Assembly (NCBI RefSeq): GCF_000299365.1
Contig: NC_018655.1
Location: 330,001-362,000, forward strand
Source of the DNA: Candidatus Nitrosopumilus koreensis AR1
GTDB lineage: Archaea > Thermoproteota > Nitrososphaeria > Nitrososphaerales > Nitrosopumilaceae
DNA length: 32,000 nucleotides
Direction of reading: 5' to 3'
Of the stretch, positions 7,668 through 16,587 are shown one piece after another. Positions within the stretch are counted from its first letter, which is position 1; each line of letters begins with the position of its first letter. The notes under the pieces are model-generated. The model ran no database searches, was not told the DNA's origin, and worked only from the letters and a program-made list of their open reading frames with translations. A program made the position numbers and the translations under genes.

Positions 7668-8072
7668 CTATAACCCTCCGCCAGAAACTTTGCTTAATTC
7701 AATATCGTATCCTGTTGGATCCTTAATGTACACTGAACTTGATTTCTCAAAATCTACAGGTCCACCATAAAGTACCTCGACTCCAAGTTCTTTGCATTTT
7801 TGTATAATGTCATCAAAATTTTCTATGTGGAATCCAAAATGAGCGATTCCTCCAGTTGGAATAACTTGTGGGTCTTCATACAAACAGAGTTTGATGGAGT
7901 CATTGCCGATAATCTTTGAAGGTGCATCAAGCTTGTTTGGAGAATTGTCCTCTTTTCTAATCTCAAAACCAAACAAATTTTTGTAAAACTCTACAGTCTC
8001 CTCCAAGTTTTTTACGTTCATGTTTACATGGTCCATGGATGTTGCTTTGAGAATAACCATGCAACAAAACAT
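7668..8072 (-). CDS. Glyoxalase/VOC-family protein
   Basis: MDHVNMNVKNLEETVEFYKNLFGFEI...HFGFHIENFDDIIQKCKELGVEV...YIKDPTGYDIEL is the typical paired beta-alpha-beta-beta-beta VOC pattern. The real start is probably an internal ATG (8057 or 8036). Confidence 0.65.
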   Translation of the reverse strand: MFCCMVILKATSMDHVNMNVKNLEETVEFYKNLFGFEIRKEDNSPNKLDAPSKIIGNDSIKLCLYEDPQVIPTGGIAHFGFHIENFDDIIQKCKELGVEVLYGGPVDFEKSSSVYIKDPTGYDIELSKVSGGGL

Positions 8073-8108
8073 GTTTTCAACAATTAAAAGGATTTTTAAT
8101 AAAAAACT

Positions 8109-8564
8109 CTACTTTTTTCTTTTTGCGACAGTCTCTTCCATTAACTGTCTTAGGTGAGCCTTGTTTCTGACTGTATTTCCGCCTACTTTTTTGTATAATG
8201 CCCAAAATTCTGGATTAGTCAAATCCTTTCTGTCTTTTGCAATCTTTAAGAGTCGTCTTAATGAGCGGACCTTTGCAACGTAGATTTCCTTTTTACCAAC
8301 ACGTGCACCTTTGCGCCCTTGTTTTGAACCTTGTTTGGTACCTCTCTTGTTTCTCTGGTCTCTCTTAGTTTGTGCTCTTCCTCTGGAAGTTCCAGTAAAC
8401 GAATCAATTCTAATTGTGTTTGCTGTAATCAGACTTCGGATGTTTTCTCTTGTGATTGCATCTGCAACATCAGTAAGATGGTCTGAGTCAAACTTTATTC
8501 TATGAATCCCAACACCAGTTACTCTGGATGCTAGTCTTTTCTTAGCTTTAAGATTTACTACCAC
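8109..8564 (-). CDS. rpl19e: 50S ribosomal protein eL19
   Basis: NLKAKKRLASRVTGVGIHRIKFD... followed by a basic tail. It sits directly downstream of eL32, as in archaeal spc-type clusters. Confidence 0.92.
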   Translation of the reverse strand: MVVNLKAKKRLASRVTGVGIHRIKFDSDHLTDVADAITRENIRSLITANTIRIDSFTGTSRGRAQTKRDQRNKRGTKQGSKQGRKGARVGKKEIYVAKVRSLRRLLKIAKDRKDLTNPEFWALYKKVGGNTVRNKAHLRQLMEETVAKRKK

Positions 8565-8952
8565 TTACACTCACTCTCGCATTGAAAACCTTGAATTTTT
8601 GCTCGACTGCTTTTGTAACAATCTCTTTTCTTTTTCTAGTACCTACACTATGGCCTAATCTTACTCCATCTGTTTTTGGATCAAGTTTTGCCAAGTCATC
8701 TAAATTGTAAACTAAATTATCTGTAAATCCTGATGGATGTAATCCTCTTGCTTCTTTTGGTCCACCAAATCCTACTTTAACTAGACCTGGACGACCTCTA
8801 CTCCATTGTTTTCTTTGATGATGATCAATTCCTTTTGGTTTTCTCCAACCTGTTTGGAGTCTAACATAACGCCAACTCTCTGGTCTTTCAAAATCAGGAT
8901 TGTTTCCTTTGATCTCTTGTCTCTTTGCAATCTTGTCTTTATTGATCGGCAT
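8548..8952 (-). CDS. rpl32e: 50S ribosomal protein eL32
   Basis: WRKPKGIDHHQRKQWSRGRPGLVKVGFGGPKEARGLHPSGF is the eL32 core. The start is set at ATG 8952 (MPINKDKIAKRQ...), because the upstream track extension to 9063 is hydrophobic junk. It overlaps rpl19e by 17 nt. Confidence 0.9.
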   Translation of the reverse strand: MPINKDKIAKRQEIKGNNPDFERPESWRYVRLQTGWRKPKGIDHHQRKQWSRGRPGLVKVGFGGPKEARGLHPSGFTDNLVYNLDDLAKLDPKTDGVRLGHSVGTRKRKEIVTKAVEQKFKVFNARVSVSGSKS

Positions 8953-8974
8953 CAAATTGACTCTTGAATTTTGG

Positions 8975-8982
8975 AATAAATA
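8975..8982 (-). promoter_or_regulatory. Candidate TATA box (TATTTATT on the minus strand) for rpl32e-rpl19e
   Basis: Centred about 26 nt upstream of the rpl32e ATG (8952), which implies a leaderless transcript. Confidence 0.35.
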
Positions 8983-9207
8983 CGTTCCTAGATGGATAAA
9001 ATAATTTCCTATGGCAAGAGATAATAAGGAAATGGAAGGCGGATCGAAATATCTCATGAACAAGCCTGGGATTAATTACATTATTTTTGGAGGCGTAATA
9101 CTCTGACCCAAGTAGTAGGTACTGCCACAACTAACAAATTTTCAATACAACTCAAGGACTTTGGAATAAATCCATCCAAAGTACACAGAAATCTTCCTAT
9201 TGAAGAG

Positions 9208-10707
9208 ATGGTTCGCCTTGCAGTTGAGAGAAAAGAAGGTGTAGTGAATTCAACAGGCTCTTTATCAGTAAATACTGGAAAGTACACAGGACGTTCTCCT
9301 GATGACCGATTTATCGTGTATGACGATAAAACACATGAGACAATTGACTGGGGTAAAATTAACCATCAATTTCCAAGTGGTAAGTTTGCAAAACTATTGG
9401 AAAAAATGAAAAACTTTGTTGATAACAAAGAACTATTTGTCTTTGATGGTTTTGTAGGGGCTGACCCTGAAACTCGTTTGCCAATTAGAGTAATCAATGA
9501 TCATGTCTGGCAAAGCATGTTTGCAAGTAATTTGTTTATCCGACCAACAAGTCAAGAACTAGAAAATCACGAACCAGAATTTACAATTCTTTGTATTAAT
9601 GACTTTCTGGCAGACCCTGAGGTTGACGGAACAAGGACTGATGTATTCATTCTCATTGATTTGACAAGAAAGATTGTCTTGATTGGAGGAACCGAATATG
9701 CTGGTGAAATGAAAAAATCAATGTTTGGTGTAATGAATTACATCTTGCCTGAAAAAGGAATTTTCCCAATGCATTGTTCTGCCAACATTGGAGAAAAAGG
9801 AGACACTGCACTGTTCTTTGGATTATCTGGTACTGGAAAGACAACGCTTTCAGCAGACCCTAACAGAAAATTGATTGGTGATGATGAACACGGTTGGTCT
9901 GACAATGGAACTTTTAATTTTGAAGGTGGATGTTATGCAAAATGCATTAACCTCAGTCAAGAAGCAGAACCTGAGATTTGGAATGCAATCAAACCTGGTG
10001 CACTTTTGGAAAATGTTGTGCTAAAAGACAACGTACCTGATTATGATGATAACACATTAACTGAAAACACTCGTGTTGGGTATCCCTTGGATTTCATTCC
10101 GGGCGCTGTAATTCCAAGCGTTGGCGGAAATCCTAAAGTGATTATATTTTTGACAGCAGACGCATTGGGAGTATTACCTCCTATATCTCGACTTACAAAA
10201 GAGGCTGCAATGTATCACTTTATGTCTGGCTATACTAGCAAACTTGCTGGCACTGAAAGAGGAATCAAGGAACCAAAGTCTGTATTTTCTCAGTGCTTTG
10301 GGGCACCATTCATGCCTAGACCTGCTTCTGTTTACGCTAAACTACTTGGAGAGAAAATCACTAAGCACCACACTGTGGTCTACCTCGTCAATACTGGTTG
10401 GTCCGGTGGTCCATATGGAGTTGGAAAGAGAGTCAAGATAAAGTACAGCCGTGCAATGGTAACTGCTGCACTTTCTGGCGGACTTAATATTGTAAAGTAC
10501 AATCACAATGATCTGTTTAATCTAGATGTTCCTGCAGAAGTAGAGGGAGTTCCATCTGAGATTTTAGATCCTAGAAACACATGGGTTGACAAAGACGAAT
10601 ATGACTTGTCAGCAAAGAAACTAGCTCAGATGTTTGTTGAGAACTTTAAGAAATTTGATGGAGTGTCTCAAGAAATAATTGATGCAGGTCCAAAACCTTC
10701 ATTGTAG
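9208..10707 (+). CDS. pckA: Phosphoenolpyruvate carboxykinase (ATP)
   Basis: [12 protein letters not shown], the kinase-1a loop [13 protein letters not shown] and GDDEHGW are all present. Coordinates run from the first canonical ATG. PckA-like sequence continues upstream to about 9145 (see findings). Confidence 0.93.
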   Translation: MVRLAVERKEGVVNSTGSLSVNTGKYTGRSPDDRFIVYDDKTHETIDWGKINHQFPSGKFAKLLEKMKNFVDNKELFVFDGFVGADPETRLPIRVINDHVWQSMFASNLFIRPTSQELENHEPEFTILCINDFLADPEVDGTRTDVFILIDLTRKIVLIGGTEYAGEMKKSMFGVMNYILPEKGIFPMHCSANIGEKGDTALFFGLSGTGKTTLSADPNRKLIGDDEHGWSDNGTFNFEGGCYAKCINLSQEAEPEIWNAIKPGALLENVVLKDNVPDYDDNTLTENTRVGYPLDFIPGAVIPSVGGNPKVIIFLTADALGVLPPISRLTKEAAMYHFMSGYTSKLAGTERGIKEPKSVFSQCFGAPFMPRPASVYAKLLGEKITKHHTVVYLVNTGWSGGPYGVGKRVKIKYSRAMVTAALSGGLNIVKYNHNDLFNLDVPAEVEGVPSEILDPRNTWVDKDEYDLSAKKLAQMFVENFKKFDGVSQEIIDAGPKPSL

Positions 10708-10708
10708 G

Positions 10709-12730
10709 CTATCTTCTTTTTAAAATACCGACGACTCCGATTATTATTATCGCACCTGCAATTATTGCCATCTGCTTTTCTGGGATGTCCAAGTCTATTC
10801 TTTCTCTTTCTTCAATTGTTTTGATGTCGATGGTGTTATATGCACTTGACGAGTTTCCATTAACTCTAATTTTTGCATCAATCCAATACTCTGCATTTTT
10901 GTAAATATCCATTGACGCAGTCTTTTCTGGTGTTGCAGTTGTTACATCCATAGAGCCATCTTTACTGTTTGTAACTGATATCTTTGCAAAACTCCATTCT
11001 TCTGGATGTTGTATTTCAAAAAACAATTTTTCATTTTGTTGAATTACATCCACTGAACCTAGTGTATGATGCAACAAAAATGGAACTACATATTGCATGC
11101 CTTCATGACTGATAATCATCTTTCCTTCATGATCTCCAAAATTATCTTCTGTCACACTCATCTTTACATTCAAAATATTTTCATTCATCATCTCTCCTTC
11201 AAATTTTATGAATTCTGGTCCCTCAAATGTAACATCAAATCCCTCCCATGTTCCATCTATTGATTTTAGTTTGAATTGTTTTTCTGCAATTCTGTTGTCT
11301 GATGATGTAAACACAACAAAGTTTGGAGGATCTATGATCAGTTTTGCATCAAATGCCTTTGCAATGTTTAATCTGCCTGCTCCTGCCTCTTGAATCGAGA
11401 AATTGTTTCCATAGGCATCAGATACAGGCTCAACTGTAGTAAGTAATAGCGATTTTATCTCATGGTGATGGAGTTGTGGGTTTTTTTGTAGTAACAGTGC
11501 TGCAGCCCCACTTACATGAGGTGCAGCATAACTTGTTCCACTAGTAAAGTTGTATCCTGCATTGTTTTGTGTGGTATTGATATATGCACCTGGAGCCACA
11601 ATTTCGGGTTTTATGTAAAATGGAGATACTGGACCTCTTGAGCTAAAATGTGCAAGATAATCTGGATTAAAAAATAGATTCAATACTGCTTCATTCCCAT
11701 TGATTGATTCTACGATCTCCAATCCTTCCTCTCTATCAATTGACACTACTGGAATCTGTGGTTTGTAATCTTGTTCCACAAATTCATGAATTAATTCTCC
11801 TAGGAAAATTCCTGGAATGTTGTTGTAGACAATCAATGCCTTTGCTCCTGCATTTGCAGCATTAGATTCCTTTATTGAAAAATATAACAACTCTCCTTCT
11901 ATATCACTTCCTCTCTCGACTATTAGTATGGAGTCCTTTACATCCAAATTCTTCAATTCTTCTTCTTTTCCATATCCGCCAAAAACTATCTTACCTGAAA
12001 TTACGTCTTCTACTTTTTGATTTCCAACCATTGGAATTACTGTGTATGGTTTGTCATTGACCTCTAGTGTTGCAACTAAGCTTGATGTGAGATTATTGTA
12101 AGTTGCACCAACTGTAACTGAACCAAAGTTTCTTCCAGGACTACCAATAGTACCTAAACCTGGACCATCATTTCCAGCTGCAGTTACTACAAAGATCTCT
12201 TTTTCTAATGCAAGATTTACTGCTCTCTCAATCTTTGAGTTTGTTTTGTTAACTCCTAAACTAATATTGATAATGTCTGCATTATCTTCGATTGCCTTTT
12301 CAATTGCCCTAATTATCAAATCCGATGATACTCCTTCTCCATCTTCTGATACCTTGTAGGCAAGAATCTTTGCTTTGGGAGCTACTCCTACTGCTTGTCC
12401 ATCAGCTGCTATTATTCCTGCAACTTGAGTTCCATGTCCGTTGTTGTCCATTGGTGGTTTTCCTTCCTCAATGAAGTTGTATCCTCCAATCACTTTTCCC
12501 TCTGGTCCCCAACCGGCCAAGTCTGGGTGGTTATAGTCTACACCTGTATCAATAATTGCAATCTTTATCCCCTCCCCGTCAATTCCTTCTGTTCTTGGGA
12601 TGTCTGCTCCAACAAATGGAATGCTTCTTTTTAGATATGTGTGGATTTCATTTTCAGAAAATATGGATTGAGCCAAAATCAAACCAGACAAAATTACTAC
12701 AATAAAAGAAAAAATTACTAAGAATTTCAC
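10709..12730 (-). CDS. Membrane-anchored extracellular subtilisin-like serine protease (S8) with PA-domain insert
   Basis: The catalytic triad contexts are IAIIDTGVDYNHPDL (Asp), HGTQVAGIIAA (His) and SGTSYAAPHVSGAAALLLQ (Ser). The N-terminus (M)KFLVIFSFIVVILSGLILAQS is a signal peptide with a GTG start. A PA-like insert reads ILIVERGS...AGAKALIVYNN. The C-terminal TM helix is AIIAGAIIIIGVVGILKRR. Confidence 0.9.
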   Translation of the reverse strand: MKFLVIFSFIVVILSGLILAQSIFSENEIHTYLKRSIPFVGADIPRTEGIDGEGIKIAIIDTGVDYNHPDLAGWGPEGKVIGGYNFIEEGKPPMDNNGHGTQVAGIIAADGQAVGVAPKAKILAYKVSEDGEGVSSDLIIRAIEKAIEDNADIINISLGVNKTNSKIERAVNLALEKEIFVVTAAGNDGPGLGTIGSPGRNFGSVTVGATYNNLTSSLVATLEVNDKPYTVIPMVGNQKVEDVISGKIVFGGYGKEEELKNLDVKDSILIVERGSDIEGELLYFSIKESNAANAGAKALIVYNNIPGIFLGELIHEFVEQDYKPQIPVVSIDREEGLEIVESINGNEAVLNLFFNPDYLAHFSSRGPVSPFYIKPEIVAPGAYINTTQNNAGYNFTSGTSYAAPHVSGAAALLLQKNPQLHHHEIKSLLLTTVEPVSDAYGNNFSIQEAGAGRLNIAKAFDAKLIIDPPNFVVFTSSDNRIAEKQFKLKSIDGTWEGFDVTFEGPEFIKFEGEMMNENILNVKMSVTEDNFGDHEGKMIISHEGMQYVVPFLLHHTLGSVDVIQQNEKLFFEIQHPEEWSFAKISVTNSKDGSMDVTTATPEKTASMDIYKNAEYWIDAKIRVNGNSSSAYNTIDIKTIEERERIDLDIPEKQMAIIAGAIIIIGVVGILKRR

Positions 12731-12806
12731 AAATTTTCTATCATTTCTAACAAGTAAAAATGATTACCTGTAAACCAATAAATGGTATAAACTATCAAGT
12801 GATTTT

Positions 12807-13427
12807 ATGGGAAAATACACACTTCCTGAAATGCCATATGCTTATGATGCATTAGAACCTCACATTGACGCAAGAACAATGGAGATTCACCACACAAAGC
12901 ATCATCAAACATACACTGACAAACTAAATGCAGCTCTTGAAACATGTCCAGCTGAAATCCAAGACAAAGATATTCTTGACATTTTGTCTGATATCAACTC
13001 TGTTCCAGAGGACAAAAGAGGCGCAATTAATTTCAACGGTGGTGGTTATGACAACCATAGGCTATTTTGGAACAACATGAAACCAAATGGAGGCGGAGAA
13101 CCTGGAGGATCAATTGCTGACGCAATCAATGATTCTTTTGGAAGCTTTTCTGACTTCAAAGAGAAATTTTCATCCACTACAGCAGTAATTCAAGGCAGTG
13201 GTTGGGGATGGTTAGTATACAATCCTTCTTCTGGAAAGGTTGAGTACAAATCAATGCCAAACCAAACAAGTCCTAGAACTGAGGGATTAGTGCCATTGTT
13301 AGGCTGTGATGTTTGGGAGCATGCATACTATCTCAACTACCAAAACAAGAGACCTGACTATATCGCCGCATGGTGGAATGTAGTTAACTGGGATGAGGTA
13401 GAGAGCAGATTCTCTAAAGCAAAATAA
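12807..13427 (+). CDS. sod: Fe/Mn superoxide dismutase
   Basis: [28 protein letters not shown] and [19 protein letters not shown] contain the metal ligands. Confidence 0.95.
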   Translation: MGKYTLPEMPYAYDALEPHIDARTMEIHHTKHHQTYTDKLNAALETCPAEIQDKDILDILSDINSVPEDKRGAINFNGGGYDNHRLFWNNMKPNGGGEPGGSIADAINDSFGSFSDFKEKFSSTTAVIQGSGWGWLVYNPSSGKVEYKSMPNQTSPRTEGLVPLLGCDVWEHAYYLNYQNKRPDYIAAWWNVVNWDEVESRFSKAK

Positions 13428-13435
13428 AGTTCCTT

Positions 13436-13457
13436 CTTTATTTTTTATTCATTTTTT
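13436..13457 (+). terminator. Oligo-T tract after sod (archaeal-type terminator candidate)
   Basis: CTTTATTTTTTATTCATTTTTTG lies directly after the sod stop and contains two runs of 6 T. Confidence 0.35.
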
Positions 13458-13480
13458 GATTCAAGTTTTCTATGAATGAA

Positions 13481-13487
13481 TTTATAA
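13481..13487 (+). promoter_or_regulatory. Candidate TATA box (TTTATAA) for pfdA-ftsY
   Basis: Centred about 27 nt upstream of the pfdA ATG (13512), consistent with a leaderless mRNA. Confidence 0.4.
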
Positions 13488-13511
13488 CCATAGGAGAAAG
13501 CCTTGTTGTAA

Positions 13512-13949
13512 ATGAGCCAAGAACAAGCAGAACAATTAATGCAACAAATGCAGATGCTTGAAACATATTTTGCAGATTTGTCTCAAAGGGAAGGAACGTT
13601 TCTTAGTGTATTTAGAGAAGCAGCCGCTGCAATTGAATCTATAAAATCTCTTAGTAAAAATCCTGAATCAGACACACTTGTTCCAATTGGATTGGGAACT
13701 TACATCCCAACAAAAATCTCATCTAATAGCAAAATAATTCTAAACATTGGAGCGGGGGTAGCAGTTGAAAAAGACTTTACTTCTGCAATTAATTATCTTG
13801 AAGAGCGAATCAAAGAAATTGAAATTGCAATCCAAGATACTGCAGCAAAGAAACAAGATGCAGCGCAAAGACTAGAGCAAGGTAAGGCACAAGTCAATCA
13901 ATTGATGCAAGCCATGCAACAACATGGGCAGTCTCCAAAGTCGGGATAA
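13512..13949 (+). CDS. pfdA: Prefoldin alpha subunit
   Basis: N- and C-terminal coiled coils flank a beta-hairpin core (TLVPIGLGTYIPTKI...ILNIGAGVAVEKDF). The gene sits in the conserved archaeal pfdA-ftsY order. Confidence 0.85.
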   Translation: MSQEQAEQLMQQMQMLETYFADLSQREGTFLSVFREAAAAIESIKSLSKNPESDTLVPIGLGTYIPTKISSNSKIILNIGAGVAVEKDFTSAINYLEERIKEIEIAIQDTAAKKQDAAQRLEQGKAQVNQLMQAMQQHGQSPKSG

Positions 13950-13952
13950 ACA

Positions 13953-15156
13953 ATGTTTGATAAACTTCGTAGTGCATTTTCTAATGCAGCGAAAAGTTTA
14001 GGCGAAAAAGAACTTAATGAAAAAGATATTGAAGATATTTTATTTGAATTAGAAATATCTCTTTTAGAATCTGATGTTGCAACTGAAGTAATTGATTCAA
14101 TCAAAGATGATTTGAAAGAAAAACTAATTGGTTCCAAAGTTGATAAAAAAGAAATTGAGAAATTTGTTAAGGATAGTTTGATTTCAAGTATCTCTGCACA
14201 TTTTGATGCTGCAGGAGAGATTGATCTTTTTGCAAAAATTAACGAAAAAAGGAACAGGGACAGCCATTTCTGATTCTGTTTCTTGGAATTAATGGTACTG
14301 GGAAAACAACATCCTTAGCTAAAGTTGCACATATGTTGCAACAAGCAAAATATTCTGTAGTTGTTGCAGCAGCTGATACATTTAGAGCAGGTGCAATAGA
14401 ACAATTACGTGAACATACTAATCGACTCAGTCTAAAACTTGTTGCTCAAAATTACAATTCTGATCCTGCAGCTGTTGCGCGTGATGCAGTGTTGTATGCA
14501 AAATCTCACAAGACAGATGTTGTTCTAATAGATACTGCAGGAAGAATGCAGACAAGTGAAAACTTGATGCAACAAATTGAAAAAATCACCAAAGTTGTAA
14601 ATCCTGATTTGAAAATTTTTGTAGGTGACTCTTTAGCGGGAAATGATACTGTTAATCAAGCACGTGAATTTTATGCACATACAAAATTTCATGGTTCTAT
14701 TCTGACAAAAAGTGATGCTGATGCAAGAGGTGGTGCAGCACTATCTATTGTCAAAGTCACATCAACTCCTGTGATGTTTGTTGGTGTTGGACAAGAATAT
14801 CCTGATCTAAAACCTTTTGATAAGAAACTTTTCCTTGAAACTGTTTTTGGAACTCTGGAAGGAGTTGATATAAAGAAAAACCATCTTCTGATGATCCGTT
14901 TGAAGGGATTACAGATGATGAAATTGCAATCTATTCAGATTTGTTTGATATTCCTCCGCCAGAAAATGATGATGAAGCTTTCAAACTAGGTAACAAGATT
15001 CGCCAATGGATAAAAGATGGAAAACCAAAACCAGGTGAATCAAAAGAAGAAGAATCTGAAGATGATGACGAAGACGATGATGAAGAAGATATTCACAAAC
15101 ATGATAAAGAAGAACCCAAAAAGAAAAAAGGTAGGTTCGGGTTCTTTAGAAGATGA
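13953..15156 (+). CDS. ftsY: Signal-recognition-particle receptor FtsY; reading frame interrupted as sequenced (two apparent -1 shifts at A-runs)
   Basis: The N domain (13953-14273) reads MFDKLRSAFS...DIEDILFELEISLLESDVA. The G domain is in the -1 frame, open from 14225, with P-loop GINGTGKTT at 14285-14311, then DTFRAGAIEQL, DTAGR, TKSDADARGG and VGVGQEYPDLKPF. The frame changes at A6 14245-14250, and possibly again at A5 14876-14880 into an acidic tail ending at 15156. Confidence 0.85.
14941..15156 (+). CDS. Acidic/Lys-rich tail ORF: either the C-terminal extension of FtsY or a separate 71-aa ORF from TTG 14941
   Basis: Frame 1 is open from 14869: [95 protein letters not shown]. The competing ftsY frame over the same DNA (NHLLMIRLKGLQMMKLQSIQICLIFLRQKMMMKLSN) looks like an out-of-frame reading of GAT/GAA-rich codons. 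The stop overlaps the argF start (ATGA). Confidence 0.45.
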   Translation: MFDIPPPENDDEAFKLGNKIRQWIKDGKPKPGESKEEESEDDDEDDDEEDIHKHDKEEPKKKKGRFGFFRR

Positions 15157-16067
15157 AACTAAAAACAAAAAATTTACTCACTTTAGCGGAATTGTCTCCA
15201 AAGGAATTTGTGGGACTGATAGATGAAGCAATTAAACTAAAAAAAGAACTAAAAAAAGGTGGAAACAAACATGTTCTAAAAAACAAAACACTAACAATGA
15301 TTTTCCAAAAACCGTCTACCCGAACTCGAGTTAGTTTTGAAATTGGAATGTCTCAGCTAGGTGGTTATGCAGTTAATCTGTCATCAAATGATATGCAATT
15401 ATCACGAGGTGAATCTGTTGAAGATACTGCAAAGACTCTATCACGATATACTGATTGTATTATGGCACGTGTATATGATCATGATTTGCTAGAAAAATTA
15501 TCACAACATGCAACTGTTCCAATAATTAACGGGCTCTCTGACACTTTTCATCCTTGCCAAATTTTGGCAGATTTTATGACTATCAAAGAAAAGAAAAAGA
15601 AACTCAAAGGAATCAAAATTGCATGGATTGGTGATGGAAATAATGTGTGCAATTCTATGGTTTATGGAGCCGCATTGTCTGGTGCTAAAATGTCAATTGC
15701 AACTCCAAAAGGTTTTGAGCCAGACAAAAAGACTGTAAAAGAAGCACAAAAGTTAACTGATATTGAATTGACCTCTGATCCAATAAAAGCAGTAAATGGT
15801 GCAGATGTTGTTGTAACTGATACCTATTCTTCTATTCACAATAATGATCCAAAGAGAATCACAAAATTTCTTCCAAAGTACCAAGTTAACCCTGCATTGA
15901 TGAAATCTGCAAAGAAAGATGCGATCTTCATGCACTGTCTACCAGCAAAGCGAGATCAAGAGGTAACATCGTCAGTAATTGATGGTAAACAATCTGTTGT
16001 TTGGGATGAGGCAGAAAATCGACTTCATACTCAAAAGGCATTACTTGCCTCTCTGATTCGCGCTTAA
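15153..16067 (+). CDS. argF: Ornithine carbamoyltransferase-family transcarbamylase
   Basis: The motifs [11 protein letters not shown] (carbamoyl-phosphate site), [18 protein letters not shown] and HCLPA are present. The ornithine-loop position reads DTYSSIH instead of DxxxSMG (see findings). Confidence 0.8.
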   Translation: MKLKTKNLLTLAELSPKEFVGLIDEAIKLKKELKKGGNKHVLKNKTLTMIFQKPSTRTRVSFEIGMSQLGGYAVNLSSNDMQLSRGESVEDTAKTLSRYTDCIMARVYDHDLLEKLSQHATVPIINGLSDTFHPCQILADFMTIKEKKKKLKGIKIAWIGDGNNVCNSMVYGAALSGAKMSIATPKGFEPDKKTVKEAQKLTDIELTSDPIKAVNGADVVVTDTYSSIHNNDPKRITKFLPKYQVNPALMKSAKKDAIFMHCLPAKRDQEVTSSVIDGKQSVVWDEAENRLHTQKALLASLIRA

Positions 16068-16069
16068 CG

Positions 16070-16077
16070 TATATAAG
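16070..16077 (+). promoter_or_regulatory. Candidate TATA box (TATATAAG) for the rpl18...cbf5 gene string
   Basis: This is the only A/T box in the 36-nt argF-rpl18 gap. It is centred about 27 nt before position 16100, 4 nt upstream of the rpl18 ATG (16104). Confidence 0.45.
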
Positions 16078-16103
16078 AGCACGTCCAAACTCGAATTCTA
16101 TAC

Positions 16104-16586
16104 ATGGCCTATTCAAAAATATTGAGAAGACTTAGAGAAGAAAAGACCAATTATAAAAAACGTGGTACAATGTTGATGGGTAAGCGTGATTTTATTACTG
16201 TAAATATTACTAATGAAAATACTCAAGTCCAAATTCTAAAGCCTGGAATGACTGGCGATAAGGTTATTGCATCTGCACACTCTAGATATCTCCTTGAAAA
16301 GGGTTGGAAGGGTTCTAGAAAAAATGTCCCTGCAGCATACCTTACAGGATATTTGGCAGGAAAGAAAGCACTTGGACAAGGTGCAAAGGATGCAATCTTG
16401 TATACTGGAACAAGAAAATATACACAAAGAATGGCAGCAGCTCTCAAAGGAGTGATTGATGCTGGTCTTGAAGTTCCAGCTGATGAAGAAACTTTTCCAT
16501 CCGAAGATAGAATCAACGGAGAACATCTTACAGTTAAAAATGAAGTCTCTAAAATGAAATCTACAATTGATACTGAGGTAAAATAA
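16104..16586 (+). CDS. rpl18: 50S ribosomal protein uL18
   Basis: RRLREEKTNYKKR...ITVNITNENTQVQIL...VIASAHSRYLLEKGWKGSRKNVPAAYLTGYLAGKKA is the archaeal uL18 (L5e-like) pattern. Confidence 0.92.
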   Translation: MAYSKILRRLREEKTNYKKRGTMLMGKRDFITVNITNENTQVQILKPGMTGDKVIASAHSRYLLEKGWKGSRKNVPAAYLTGYLAGKKALGQGAKDAILYTGTRKYTQRMAAALKGVIDAGLEVPADEETFPSEDRINGEHLTVKNEVSKMKSTIDTEVK

Positions 16587-16587
16587 A

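Noticed and set aside
8953-9063. N-terminal extension of the rpl32e ORF, and the analogous extension 3379..3528 of the 2785 gene
   Set aside because: Both extensions are non-homologous and hydrophobic. Each has an internal ATG that gives the expected N-terminus, with a TATA box or SD at the proper distance.
9056-9106. Upstream ATG (9056) as a frameshifted start for pckA via the T5 run at 9084-9088
   Set aside because: It would add about 30 residues ([22 protein letters not shown]...) with no resemblance to PckA N-termini. It also lies in the divergent rpl32e promoter region.
14252-14280. Possible frameshift-stimulating stem (GGAACAG...CTGTTTC) right after the ftsY A6 run
   Set aside because: The stem has only 7 bp including a G-U pair, the loop is 16 nt, and the spacer is effectively about 1 nt rather than the 5-9 nt seen at characterised -1 sites. 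Comparable stems occur by chance in this composition.
15017-15226. Track ORF 15017..15226(+) (MENQNQVNQKKKNLKMMTKTMMKK...)
   Set aside because: It is an off-frame reading of the acidic GAA/GAT-rich tail and of the argF 5' end. Its composition is typical of frame-shifted acidic coding DNA.
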